This document shows, piece by piece, positions 41,830-52,341 of a stretch of DNA of 64,000 nt (position 1 is the first letter of the stretch; every line of letters starts with the position of its first letter). A program made the position numbers and the translations under genes. The DNA comes from an uncultured Gemmataceae bacterium (GTDB lineage: Bacteria > Planctomycetota > Planctomycetia > Gemmatales > Gemmataceae), in contig CAVVPN010000001.1 in NCBI GenBank assembly GCA_963750165.1, forward strand, positions 439,963 through 503,962, written 5' to 3'. The notes below the pieces were generated by a model. The model saw only the letters and a list, made by a program, of their open reading frames with translations. It ran no database searches and was not told the DNA's origin.

Positions 41830-43486
41830 AACTGCTCATCGTCGGTAGCGTGGCCGGGGGCGCATCGGCAGCCGCCCGTGCCCGCCGCCTGTCGGAAGAC
41901 GCCCACATCATCGTGTTCTAGCGGGGCCGGACGTGTCGTTCGCCAACTGCGGACTGCCGTACTACCTCGGCGGCGAAATCGCCGAGCGGGACAAGCTGCT
42001 GGTCGTCACGCCGGATCGGCTGCGGACCCGCTTCAACCTCGACGTGCGGGTGCGGACCTCCGTGGAGCGGATCGACCGGGCGGCCAAGAAGGTCCATGTG
42101 CGTGACCTCGCTTCGGGCCGGGAGTACGAGGAAACCTTCGACAAGTTGATCCTCGCTCCGGGAGCCGCACCGCTGCGACCGCCGCTGCCCGGAATCGACC
42201 TGCCCGGCATCTTCACCCTGCGGAACCTGCAAGACGTGGACCGCATCAAGGCCCGCATGGACCAGGGCGTGAAGCAGGCCGTCGTGATCGGGGCCGGCTT
42301 CATCGGCCTGGAACTGGTCGAGAACTTCGTGCGCCGGGGCATCGCAACCACGGTGGTCGAGTTGCAGGACCAGGTGTTGCCGCCGTTCGACAAGGAGATG
42401 ACGACGCCCATCGCCCAGGAGTTGGCGAGCAAGGGCGTGGCGCTGCTGCTCGGCCAGTCCGCCGAGGCGTTCAAGCAGAGGCCGGACGGCCTGGTAGTTC
42501 GGTTGAAGTCGGGCCAACGGCTCCCGGCGCAACTGGTCGTCCTCGGCGTCGGCGTGCGCCCGGAGAACAAGCTGGCGGTCGAGGCGGGTCTGGAAGCCGG
42601 TCCCGTGGCGGCATCCGGGTGAACGATCACCTTCAGACCAGCGACCCGGACATCTACGCCGTGGGGGGACGCCATCGAGGTCAAGGACTTCGTGACGGGC
42701 GACCCGACGCAGGTGCCGCTGGCGGGTCCGGCGAACCGCCAGGGGCGCATCGCCGCCGACAACATTTTCGGACGGTCGGCCCGCTACCGGGGCACGCAAG
42801 GCACGGCCATCGTCCGGGTCTTCGACAAGACGGCGGCGATGACCGGCGCTTCGGAGAAGGTGTTGAAGCGGTCGAAGTGCTCCTACCGCAAGGTCTACGT
42901 TCACCCCACGAACCACGCCGGCTACTACCCCGGTGCCCAGGCGATGACCCTGAAGTTGCTCTTCGACCCCGGCGACGGGAAGGTGCTGGGGGCGCAGGCC
43001 GTGGGCGGTGACGGCGTGGACAAGCGGATCGACGTGCTGGCGGTGGCGATCCAGGCGGGCATGACGGTGTTCGATCTGGAGGAGATGGAATTGGCGTACT
43101 CGCCACAGTACGGCTCGGCCAAAGACCCGATCAACATGGCAGGCTTCGTAGCGGGCGGACTGCTCCGTGGCGACCATCCTCAAGTGGATGTCGAGGCGGT
43201 CCTGGCCGCTCCTGCTGGCGAGTCTCCGTATCTCGTGGACGTGCGAACGGCGCAGGAGTATGCGGACGGTCACATCCCCGGAGCCGTCAACCTCTCGGTG
43301 GACGACCTGCGGCCCCGGCTGGGCGAACTGCCCCGTGACCGTCAGATCGCCGTGTACTGTCAGGTCGGGCAGCGGGGCTACCTGGCGACTCGCATCTTGC
43401 GGCAAGCGGGGTTCCAGGCGGCGAACGTCAGTGGCGGATACAAAACCTACCGGCTGCTGCACCCGACATCGAACGGGGTCCAGTGA
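41826..43486 (+). pseudogene. CoA-disulfide reductase-rhodanese fusion (TAG at ~41918 plus frameshifts)
   Basis: VAGGASAAARARRL, SFANCGLPY, GAGFIGLE, YSPQYGSAKDP, YCQVGQRGY. Confidence 0.85.
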
Positions 43487-43640
43487 GTGGACTGACGGTG
43501 CCGTTCGCCCTGGCGGCGGGCCTGTCCGGCGCAGTCGAAGCAACTACCATCATCATCACTGCGGGACGCCTATCTCGACCACGACGCCGACGCCGTGGTG
43601 ATGTGACCACGCCGCCGACGCCGTAGTTCAGCGTAACGGC

Positions 43641-44087
43641 TCAACACGGCTTTGGAACCAGAGGGTTCCCGCCTTCGAGCAGGCTCTTGAGGTTGGACAG
43701 CACCGCAGGCCAGCCCTGGCTGATGCCCTTGTAAAATTTGTCATCCTTCTCGTCCAGTTCGTCGTGGGTAAGCGTCAGCTTCACCACCGGCCCGTGTTGT
43801 TCAAGCTGGAACACGACACGGGAGAAATGCTCCGAACTCCCCAACACTCGAAAAGTGTAGGAGAGCAGGCGGGGCGGGTCGCATTGCAGCACTTCGCCCT
43901 GCCAGTCCTTGTCGGCGACTCCGGTGTGGATTTTGAAGGGCGAGCCGACTTTCCAATCGGACTCGATGCGACTGCCGAACCAATACTTCTCGGTGAAGTC
44001 GCCGCTCGTCAGCGCCTTCCAGAGCTTTTCCGGGGTCGTGGCGATGTAGGTGACGTACACGAACTTCGGCTTAATCGTCGTTTCCAT
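43641..44087 (-). CDS. SRPBCC/AHSA1 domain protein
   Basis: YVTYIATTPEKLWKALT...GWPAVLSNLKSLLE. Confidence 0.92.
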   Translation of the reverse strand: METTIKPKFVYVTYIATTPEKLWKALTSGDFTEKYWFGSRIESDWKVGSPFKIHTGVADKDWQGEVLQCDPPRLLSYTFRVLGSSEHFSRVVFQLEQHGPVVKLTLTHDELDEKDDKFYKGISQGWPAVLSNLKSLLEGGNPLVPKPC

Positions 44088-44397
44088 CGGTCTTGTCCTC
44101 CAGGATTTTCTTGAGTTGGTGAATCGCTTCCAGGCGGTGACGCTCGAACTTGTTGATCCAGCGTTCGTAAATCTCGTGGATCGGGACCGGGTTGAGGTAA
44201 TGCAGTTTCTCCCGGCCCTTTCGTACCGTGACAACAAGATTGGCCTCTTCCAGCAGGACAAGGTGCTTTGTGACCGCCTGCCTTGTCATGTTCAGGTGTT
44301 CGCACAATGCCCCCAAAGTCTGCCCGTTGTCGGCGTGAAGCCGGTCGAGTAGCTTTCGTCGGGTCGGGTCGGCGAGCGCCTTGAACACGTTATCCAT
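44071..44397 (-). CDS. ArsR-family transcriptional regulator
   Basis: VFKALADPTRRKLLDRL...RQAVTKHL. Confidence 0.92.
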   Translation of the reverse strand: MDNVFKALADPTRRKLLDRLHADNGQTLGALCEHLNMTRQAVTKHLVLLEEANLVVTVRKGREKLHYLNPVPIHEIYERWINKFERHRLEAIHQLKKILEDKTDGNDD

Positions 44398-44415
44398 GTC
44401 GGTCGTCCTCTCCCC

Positions 44416-44445
44416 ATAATATGCAACCATTTGGTTGCATGTCAA
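44416..44445 (-). promoter_or_regulatory. Promoter with palindromic ArsR operator
   Basis: Minus strand TTGACA-N18-TATTAT enclosing ATGCAACCA-TT-TGGTTGCAT (44421-44440). Confidence 0.8.
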
Positions 44446-44614
44446 GGGCGGTCGCTGGGTTTTCGACATTTTTTGTTATGGCCCTCTGCGGTGCAGTGGC
44501 CAGGCTTGCTTCCCACCACAAGTGGGACGAGCCCGACCCCACCTACTCGCTGGAGGCGGCGAAGCGAGGGGGCTGATCGCTACCTTGCCGGGCCGGAATC
44601 GTCAAAGAATCCCC

Positions 44615-44644
44615 TTGACTCCCGCCGATAATTGCATATACAAT
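44615..44644 (+). promoter_or_regulatory. Promoter/operator of MarR gene
   Basis: TTGACT-N18-TACAAT overlapping ATTGCATATACAAT; similar box TTGCATACGCAA at ~45147. Confidence 0.6.
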
Positions 44645-44673
44645 AGTCCCGACGGTCACGGGCCCGCACGATC

Positions 44674-45120
44674 ATGGACAAGCCGACCACGAGCATCGAC
44701 ACCATCGCCCGCACCTGCGTCGCCGTGCGCCTGCGGCTGCTGAATCGTGTGGTAACGAACTTCTACGACGATGCCCTGCGGCCTTTGGGCCTGAAGGTCA
44801 GCCAGTTGAACATCCTGATCGTTACGGCCCGTCTTGGCATCGCCCGGCCCGCACAGGTCTGCGAGATTCTGCAACTGGATGCGTCCACCCTCAGCCGCAA
44901 CGTCAAGCCGTTGCAGTCCCACGGCTGGCTGGAGGTCGTGCCGGAAGAAGATGCCCGTGTCCAGCCCTTCCGCTTAACGTCACAGGGGAAGCGGCTGATC
45001 GAGAAGGCGGTGCCGGCCTGGGAAAATGCCCAGCGCCAGGCCACCGAATTGCTGGGGAGCGAAGGGGTCGCCTTGCTCGACAAAGCCGCCGGGAAGGTGG
45101 GCTTGGCTCAGGCGCACTGA
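44674..45120 (+). CDS. MarR-family regulator
   Basis: YDDALRPLGLKVSQ...STLSRNVKPL. Confidence 0.9.
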   Translation: MDKPTTSIDTIARTCVAVRLRLLNRVVTNFYDDALRPLGLKVSQLNILIVTARLGIARPAQVCEILQLDASTLSRNVKPLQSHGWLEVVPEEDARVQPFRLTSQGKRLIEKAVPAWENAQRQATELLGSEGVALLDKAAGKVGLAQAH

Positions 45121-45174
45121 TAACAGATTTTTTCTTGGGATGATTCTTGCATACGCAATAAACGAGGGGCCGTC

Positions 45175-46513
45175 ATGAACCTGGACGAACACCCGACCGT
45201 GCGGCGCTTCCGTGACAGCGACCGCCCCGACAACGCCGAGCCGCCGAAACCGCTCGATGCGGCGTGGCTGCGGCAGTTGTGCCTGGACTGCGGGGCCGAC
45301 GACGCCGGCCTGGTCGAGACCAGCCCGTCCGGCCCTGGACGATCAGCGGGCCGACATCCTCCGCTACTTCCCGCACGCCCGGACGCTCCTCAGCTTCGTC
45401 TGCCGCATGAACCGGGGGCCGATCCGTAGCCCGGCCCGTTCCGCCTCGAACCTGGAGTTCCATGCCAGCTACCACCACGCCAACGAGGTCGCCCGCAAGG
45501 TCGTCACCGCCCTGGAAGAACGGGGCATTCGGGCCATGAATCCCTCGGCGGGCTTCCCGATGGAGCAGGACAACTACCCCGGCAAGATTTGGGTCGTGTC
45601 CCACAAGCCCGTCGCCGTGGCCGCCGGCCTGGGCCGCATGGGCATCCACCGCAACGTCATCCACCCCAAGTTCGGCAACTTCATCGTCCTGGACACGGTG
45701 CTGCTCGACACCGAGGCTGACGCCTACGGCCAGCCCCTCGACTACAACCCCTGCCTGGAGTGCAAGCTGTGCGTGGCGGCGTGCCCGGTCGGGGCCATCT
45801 CGCCGGAAGGTGACTTCCAGTTCTCCACCTGCCTGACGCACAACTACCGGGAGTTCATGGGCGGCTTCAGCGATTGGGTGGAGAAGGTGGCGAGCAGCAA
45901 CACCGCCCTGAGCTACCGGGAGAAGGTCAGCTTGTCGGAGACGGCCTCGATGTGGCAATCCCTTTCGTTCGGTGCCAACTACAAGGCGGCGTACTGCCTG
46001 GCCGTCTGCCCCGCTGGGGAGGACGTGATCGGCCCCTTCCTGACCGACCGCAAGACCTTCCTCAAGGACACCGTGCGCCCGCTCACCGAGAAGGAGGAGA
46101 CGGTGTACGTCATCGCCGGTTCGGATGCGGAGGAGTACGCTCCACGCCGCTTCCCGAAGAAGAAGGTCAAGCGGGTGGGCAGCGGCATTCGGGCGACCTC
46201 CATCCGGGGCTTTCTGTTCGGGCTGAAGCTGCTGTTTCAGCCGGGCAAGGCGACGAAACTGAATGCCGTGTATCACTTCACGTTCACCGGCAAGGAGCCG
46301 AAGGAGGGGACCGTGGTGATCCGGGACGGCATCGTGCAGGTCAAGGACGGCCACGAGGGCGAGGCCGACCTGCGGGTGACAGCAGACAGCGAGACGTGGC
46401 TGGGGTTCCTGGCGAAAGAGCGGAGCCTGTTGTGGGCGCTTCTCCGCAGAAAAATCCGCATCAAGGGGTCGCCGAAATTACTGATCGCCTTCGGGAAATG
46501 TTTCCCCTCGTGA
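45175..46513 (+). CDS. QueG-like 4Fe-4S protein with C-terminal SCP2 domain (frameshift ~45325)
   Basis: SHKPVAVAAGLG, CLECKLCVAACP, CLAVCP; SCP2-like tail. Confidence 0.85.
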
Positions 46514-46558
46514 GAGGGACGTTGGACGAAAATGCTCGATCCTGAAAGGAGTGGGACG

Positions 46559-47014
46559 ATGCTAAACGACAAGCCGGTTCAGGGGACCAACTTCACCTGC
46601 TTCCATGCCGGCCCGATGGAGGGCTGGGTGCAGTTCCGCCTGGAGCCGCCCGACGTGCCCCTGCCGGCCAGGGGCAAGCTGTTCCTGCGGGGCGTGCTGG
46701 GGTCGGTGGGCCTGGAGTTGTCGCTCAACGTCGTGCCGCCCGGCAAGGGCATCCCCTTCCTGCACCGTCACCGGGAGAACGACGAGGTTTACGTCGTCGT
46801 CGGGGGCCGGGGGCAGTTCCTCGTGGACGGCGAGTGCATCGACGTGGCGGAAGGCTCGGCCCTGCGCCTCGGCCCACTGGCGGCACGGGCCTGGCGGAAC
46901 AACTCCGATGCGCCGTTGTACTTCCTGTGCCTCCAGTACCGGGCCGACAGCGTGATCCAGGGCGGCACGGTTGACGGCCAGAAGGTCGAAGGAAAGCCCG
47001 CCTGGCCGAACTGA
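46559..47014 (+). CDS. Cupin domain protein
   Basis: PFLHRHRENDEVYVV...RAWRN. Confidence 0.85.
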   Translation: MLNDKPVQGTNFTCFHAGPMEGWVQFRLEPPDVPLPARGKLFLRGVLGSVGLELSLNVVPPGKGIPFLHRHRENDEVYVVVGGRGQFLVDGECIDVAEGSALRLGPLAARAWRNNSDAPLYFLCLQYRADSVIQGGTVDGQKVEGKPAWPN

Positions 47015-47042
47015 CAGCCACATGGCGTGAGAGAGAGGAGGC

Positions 47043-47480
47043 ATGGCAACGATTCTTGAACTCGCTCGGAAGATATGGCGTGGAGAAGCGCCCCCGCCGC
47101 CCATTGGCCGGCTGCTGGGCTTCGTGCTGAAGGAGATCGAGCCGGGCCGTGCGGTCTTCGAGATGGAGGCCGGCGAGCGGCACCACAACCCGATGGGCAC
47201 GCTGCACGGCGGCGTCTACTGCGACCTGGCCGATGCGGCGATGGGCTACGCCTACGCCGCCACGCTGGCCGAAGGCGAGACGTTCACGACCGTCGAGTTG
47301 AAGATCAACTTCCTGCGCCCCGTTCGCAAGGGGAGGCTGATCGCCGAGGCGAGGGTCATCAAAGCGGGCAGCGCCCTGGGCTACGTCGAGTGCGATGTCA
47401 CCGACCAGGACGACAAGCTGGTGGCACGGGCGTCGAGTACCTGCATGAAACTGCGGCAGGATCGCCCGCCCACGGCGTAG
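47043..47480 (+). CDS. PaaI-family thioesterase
   Basis: NPMGTLHGGVYCDLAD, ELKINFLRP. Confidence 0.92.
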   Translation: MATILELARKIWRGEAPPPPIGRLLGFVLKEIEPGRAVFEMEAGERHHNPMGTLHGGVYCDLADAAMGYAYAATLAEGETFTTVELKINFLRPVRKGRLIAEARVIKAGSALGYVECDVTDQDDKLVARASSTCMKLRQDRPPTA

Positions 47481-47509
47481 CGCTCGGCCCGGTTTGTTGA
47501 AGGGAACCA

Positions 47510-48115
47510 CGATGACGACGAACCGCTGCCTGATCCTGCTGACCTACCTGGTGGTGCTGTCCGGGGGCGTCCTCGGCGGTTTCCTCATTTCTGGCCGGCT
47601 GTCCGAGCAGCGCCGAGGGGAGAACGAGATGAGCGACAATCACTTCACGGTGGACCACGTTCGCCGGACGACCGACAAGCCGTTCAGGGACGTGACCACG
47701 GCCTTCGAGCGGCAGTTGGGGCGCTTCGAGCCGGGCCTGTACCAGTCGCTCGCAGCGGGCGGGGACGCCGAGGGGGCCAGGGCGAGGATCGAGGCGATGG
47801 CGGGGCCGAGCGGATTCATGCTGTTCGGCGCAAGACCACGGGGCGCTGCTGCGGCTCGCCGGCCAGAAGCGCAAGGCGGTCCAGTACGTCGTCGGCAACC
47901 CGCTGTTCGCCCTCCAGATGACGCAACACGACATCCGGGCGAGCCTGTACGCCCCGCTGCGGGTGCTGATCTACGAGGACGGGCAGGGCAAGACGTGTGT
48001 GGAGTACGACAGGCCGTCCTCACTGTTCGGCCAGTTCGGGAACGACCGGATCGCCCCCACCGCCGCCATGCTCGACCGGAAGCTGGAGGCGCTGGTGGCG
48101 GCATCCTTCGAGTGA
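47510..48115 (+). CDS. DUF302 domain protein (frameshift ~47832)
   Basis: VGNPLFALQM...YAPLRVLIYED...YDRPS; start uncertain. Confidence 0.8.
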
Positions 48116-48133
48116 GCCCTGGAGGGCAACATC

Positions 48134-48652
48134 ATGCCAGCGCCAACGACGGTCGCCGACGCCCAGCGGGACGACCCCGCCCTCACCCCCGCCGACCTGA
48201 TCTCGGCCTACGAGAGAGGCGTCGAGGAACTGCGCCTCGCCGTCGCCGGGATGACGGTCGAGCAACTGCGTTCCAGGCCCGTGGCCGGCAGGTGGAGTAC
48301 GCTCGAAGTAGTCTGCCACGTCGCCGACTGCGAGCAGTTCTTCGCCGACCGCCTCAAGCGCACCATTGCGCTGGACAGGCCGCTCCTGCTCGGTGCGGAC
48401 GGCTCCCGCTACCCGGAGCCGCTGCGCTACCAGGAACACGACCTGGAGGAAGAACTCGAACTGGTGGCCGTCACCCGGCGGCAGACGGCCCGCACGCTGC
48501 GGCTGGTCGCCCCCGACGCCTGGCAACGCACCGCCGTCCACAGCGAAACGGGCCTGGTGACGCTACGGCAACTGCTGCTGCACGCCATCAACCACCTGCG
48601 CCACCACCTGCGGTTCGTGGCCGAGAAACGGGTGGCAATGGCAACGCTCTGA
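48134..48652 (+). CDS. DinB-family protein
   Basis: WSTLEVVCHVAD...HLRHH. Confidence 0.9.
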   Translation: MPAPTTVADAQRDDPALTPADLISAYERGVEELRLAVAGMTVEQLRSRPVAGRWSTLEVVCHVADCEQFFADRLKRTIALDRPLLLGADGSRYPEPLRYQEHDLEEELELVAVTRRQTARTLRLVAPDAWQRTAVHSETGLVTLRQLLLHAINHLRHHLRFVAEKRVAMATL

Positions 48653-48733
48653 ACGCCTCCCGTGGCCTGCGGGGAGAAACTGGCGTGCCAAGCTGCGTGC
48701 CTTCAACTTGGCCCCTTTCCGTCATGCCTCTCT

Positions 48734-48915
48734 TCACTTCTTCGTGCGGGCTTTCTTCCGCTTCGCATGGGCGGCTTCGAGGTCGCCCCGGTGCGCTTGT
48801 GCCCAGGCACAGAGCGCAGTCACCGGCTCCAGGAATACCCGGCCCAGCGGGGTCAGGTCGTAGTCCACCCTCGGCGGCACTTCGGCGTACACCTTCCGTT
48901 TCACCAGGCCGTCCC
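48734..48915 (-). pseudogene. C-terminal relic of HxlR-family regulator
   Basis: DGLVKRKVYAEVPPRVDYDLTPLG. Confidence 0.82.
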
Positions 48916-49366
48916 GCGTGCGGATCGGGTCGGCATCAAGATCGCCCCCGGCTTCACGGTCAACGATACCTTCGACGACGATCCTGCCGAGACGTACACG
49001 TACCTCGCCCGCCGTCTGAACCCGCTGGGGCTGGCCTACCTTCACGTTGGCTACGACAGCAGTTACGGGCGGGGGACCGCCCCGCCGTTCAACCCCATCG
49101 ACCTCCTCCGTCCAGTGTACGCCGGCACGCTGCTGGCAGTCGGCGGGTTCAACAAGGTAACGGGAGAGGCGGCGCTGGCGGCGGGCCGGGCCGATGCCGT
49201 GGTCTATGCCAGGCCGTTCATCTCCAATCCCGACCTCGTGGAGCGGTTTCGGCTCGACGCCCCGGTGAACCCCTGGGACGTGCGGACGTTCTACGGTGGG
49301 GACGATCACGGCTACACGGACTACCCGACTTTGGCTGAACAGGGGTGGCTTCGGAAGGCTCCGTAA
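48916..49366 (+). pseudogene. C-terminal relic of old-yellow-enzyme (alkene reductase)
   Basis: ADRVGIKIAP...LAYLH...RPFISNPDLVER...GYTDYP. Confidence 0.85.
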
Positions 49367-49388
49367 CGGGTTGCTGCGCCAGGTAGCG

Positions 49389-49712
49389 CTACCGCCTACC
49401 AGTGCTGCGTGCCGCCAGTTCTCGCTTTCGTTCCGCCGTGTACTTCCACCACGCCAACTTCGGCGCTCCCTCCATGTACCGAACAGCGGCGATGAAGGTG
49501 TCGAGCAGGCAGGGGTCGTGCCGCTGGCCGGTGAGGCGGCACAGGTCGTCGTACATCAGATACGGGTCACGCCCCGGCAACTCGTCGGGCGTCGTGATCC
49601 CCAAGCGGCGCAGGTCGGCGGCGACGGCGGGGCCGACGTTGGGGATGTCCTCCAGGTGGGCGATGTCGGCCCGGCTGGGGGACGGTCGGGTGGTCGATGA
49701 TTTCTTCGTCAT
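49389..49712 (-). CDS. Helix-hairpin-helix protein (Cdd1/mitomycin-resistance type)
   Basis: LEDIPNVGPAVAADL...HDPCLLDTF...WWKYT. Confidence 0.85.
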   Translation of the reverse strand: MTKKSSTTRPSPSRADIAHLEDIPNVGPAVAADLRRLGITTPDELPGRDPYLMYDDLCRLTGQRHDPCLLDTFIAAVRYMEGAPKLAWWKYTAERKRELAARSTGRR

Positions 49713-50290
49713 TTCTGCTCCCGTCTCGTCGCCACGCCCGTCCGAGGGAGTCGTCGCTTGCTTTGGCCGTGATCGTTCACCATACCCACCGCCTGCATAA
49801 AGGCGTAGCAGATGGTGCTGCCCACGAACTTGAACCCCCGCCGCTTCAAGTCCTTGCTCATGGCATCCGATTCTGAGGTCTTGGCCGGCACGTCCTTGAT
49901 CGAGTTCCAGGCATTCTGCTTCGGCTCTCTGCCGACGAATCCCCAAATGTACTCGTCAAACGTGCCGAACTCCTGCTGCACGGCCAGGAACATCTGCGCA
50001 TTTTGGATCGCAGCTTCGATCTTCAGTCGATTGCGGACGATTCCAGCATCCGACAGCAAGTTCTTTCGCTTCTTCTGGCCGTATTTGGCGACCGTGGCGG
50101 GGTCGAAATGGTCGAAGGCTGCACGATAGCTCTCTCGCTTGTTGAGAATCGTCTCCCAACTCAGACCCGCCTGCGCTCCTTCGAGGATCAGGAACTCGAA
50201 CAGGAGCCGGTCGTCATGGACCGGCACGCCCCATTCCGTGTCGTGATAATGCACATACAGGTCGGTCTTCGCCCACGGGCAACGGTCCAT
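49709..50290 (-). CDS. tag: DNA-3-methyladenine glycosylase I (C-terminus altered)
   Basis: RCPW, YHDTEWG, EGAQAGLSW, GMVNDH; the usual Zn-ligand Cys after NDH is missing. Confidence 0.9.
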   Translation of the reverse strand: MDRCPWAKTDLYVHYHDTEWGVPVHDDRLLFEFLILEGAQAGLSWETILNKRESYRAAFDHFDPATVAKYGQKKRKNLLSDAGIVRNRLKIEAAIQNAQMFLAVQQEFGTFDEYIWGFVGREPKQNAWNSIKDVPAKTSESDAMSKDLKRRGFKFVGSTICYAFMQAVGMVNDHGQSKRRLPRTGVATRREQK

Positions 50291-50291
50291 C

Positions 50292-51044
50292 TCAGCCCCC
50301 GACCCGCTTGACCTTGTAGCCCAGCCTCTCCAACTCGGCGACGATGCGCTCCCGCTGGTCGCCCTGAATCTCGATCCGCCCGGCCTTGACCGTTCCCCCG
50401 GTGCCGCACCGCTGCTTGAGCAGGGCGGCGAGTTCCCGCACGCCGTCCTCGTCGAACGGCAGGTCGAACACCGTGGTCACGCCCTTGCCACGCCGGCCCG
50501 CCGTCTCCCTGCCGACCTTCAAGGTGACGGGTTTCCTGGCCGGCTCCTTCAGGGGTTGGGACGCCGGGGCGGTGGCTTCGGTCGGCTGAACCTCCTGACG
50601 CTGGCCCCCGCCGAGGATGCGGGCGACGAGGCCCATGACCTCCTGCTCGATCAGGCCCAGCACTTCCGGGGCATCGTCAACGTGCCAGAACTCGACCTTC
50701 TCGGCCCAGTCCGGGAACCGCTCTTGCAGCAGCGGCAGGTGTTCGGCGTGCTTCAGGGCGACGATCAGCGCCGCACCTTCCAGGTCGTCGGTCGTGACCT
50801 GCGCCGGCATCCGGGTGATGGCGTCCCCGGCTCGGACGCCCATCGCCTCCAGCGTCTTGACCGCCGACGCCGCCATCGGGCCGACGTTGTGGACGCCCCG
50901 CTCCAGGGCCAGCCCCCTGGACGACGCCCGCCACGGCAGCCCCATCCTGCCAGCCACCGAGTTGAACAGGGCTTCGGCGAACCGGCTGCGGTAGTAGTTG
51001 CCGGTGCAGAGGAACAGGACCGTCTTTTCGCTGCGCTTCGCCAT
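50292..51044 (-). CDS. LMW phosphatase (ArsC/PTP fold) fused to SUI1/YciH domain
   Basis: FLCTGNYYRSRFAE; C-terminal GRRGKGVT...LKQRCGTGGTVK...IQGDQR. Confidence 0.88.
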   Translation of the reverse strand: MAKRSEKTVLFLCTGNYYRSRFAEALFNSVAGRMGLPWRASSRGLALERGVHNVGPMAASAVKTLEAMGVRAGDAITRMPAQVTTDDLEGAALIVALKHAEHLPLLQERFPDWAEKVEFWHVDDAPEVLGLIEQEVMGLVARILGGGQRQEVQPTEATAPASQPLKEPARKPVTLKVGRETAGRRGKGVTTVFDLPFDEDGVRELAALLKQRCGTGGTVKAGRIEIQGDQRERIVAELERLGYKVKRVGG

Positions 51045-51101
51045 TGAGTGCCTTGTAGTCGGTGCCGGGTGTGGGCGACGGTCACTCGCAAAGGTGCCCG
51101 G

Positions 51102-51594
51102 TCACGGTTGCTTCATGCCTTCAATCTCTCGCAGAAGGGCATTGACCACTTCGTAAGCACGGCGCTGCTCCAGTTCGAGATCGAAGGCGGTCCCGGTGGT
51201 GGCCTCTTCCGCAACTTGTGCTGCCCACACCGGGCCAATGCTGTCCAGCCGAGAAAACTTGTCACGAAGGATGGCGATGCCCTCAGTAATCAGGCTGTTG
51301 TCCAATTTCCCTCGAAACTCAGCCGCCAGAGCCTTGTACCCGCCGGGATAGTTGTCGATGCTGAAGTAGATGTCCTACGCATCCTTCTTCTTCATCCTCT
51401 CGCTTAGGGTGATCGCCTTGATACACAGGGTAGGCAGAAATCAGCGGCAGTCTTGCGACAACCCTGTTATGGCCCCCATCGGGCGGCACGCCCTCGACCG
51501 GCACTTCTTGCTGAAAGGCAAAGGCCAAGTCCACGCCTCGAAGTTTGCAGACGGCCATTTCCTGAATTTGAAGATGCGTGCCTTCTCTGGCAGC
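51102..51594 (-). pseudogene. Nucleotidyltransferase-like (AbiEii-type) relic
   Basis: IKAITLSERMKKKDA*DIYF (KDxYD motif with in-frame TAG); 5' end cut at the IS21-like end. Confidence 0.55.
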
Positions 51595-52220
51595 TGTCAA
51601 GGGACACGAACCTCTACGAGGTTAGGGGACACGAAGTGTTACGAGCCTAACCGATAGCCCCGGAACCCCCAGGCTGCTTCTCTCCCTTCCCTGGCCCTCC
51701 TGGTCACGACTGCCCTTCCTGTTTACCAGCCGCCGACGAACTCCTGCTGTTGCAGGCCCCCGACCTCCTTGCCCGACCGCCCGGCTGTGCAACCCTGGCC
51801 CCGCCGGGTCAAACGGAGGCGGGCTCTGCGGGCGCGCAACCCGACCGAGGGATAACCCGGCCAACATTGTACCGAGCGTAGCACCTCAAGGTGGCCCAAC
51901 CACGCTGGTGGCTGGGGGCCCTGTTTCCTGGACGCCCCGCTCGGTCACCGGAGCCATGCTTGCAAAAACGCACCTCCGCCTGCTCAGGTGGCTCCCTGCC
52001 ATCCGCTACTTCAGCAGCTTCTCCAGCTCCTGCAGCCGATAGCTGCGGCCCCGGATGTTCAGCACCACGCTCTTGTGCAGCAGCCGGTCCAGCACGGCTG
52101 CCGTCATCGCCTCATCGCCCGCCAGGATCCCCGGCCAGTCCTTGACCGCCTTGTTGGTCGTGATCGCCGTGCTCCCCCGCCGGTAGCGGTAGTTCACCAG
52201 GTGGAAGAACAGGCTGGCGT
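51595..52220 (-). mobile_element. IS21-family relic (istB 3' end 52006..~52220 plus terminal repeats)
   Basis: ITTNK..W...AAVLDRLLH...IRGRSYRL; end TGTCAA followed by tandem GGGACACGAA..TACGAG repeats. Confidence 0.8.
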
Positions 52221-52341
52221 ACTACCTCGTCAAGTGCGCGATGCACTACCACCATCACACGCTGGCCCGGCGACTGGCGAGCAGTGAGGAGCCGGTGCTG
52301 AACTCGTTTTGACTCCCGGCCGTGGCCGGGCGGCGCCGCCG

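Noticed and set aside
41915..41925. In-frame TAG as possible pyrrolysine/recoding
   Set aside because: Falls at a conserved Glu (FERG) and is accompanied by frameshifts; mutation or error is more likely
43490..43635. CAC/CAT and GACGCC-rich spacer
   Set aside because: No convincing ORF or structure could be supported
47494..49338. 614-aa ORF
   Set aside because: Off-frame read-through across DUF302, DinB and relic genes; low-complexity Arg/Pro translation
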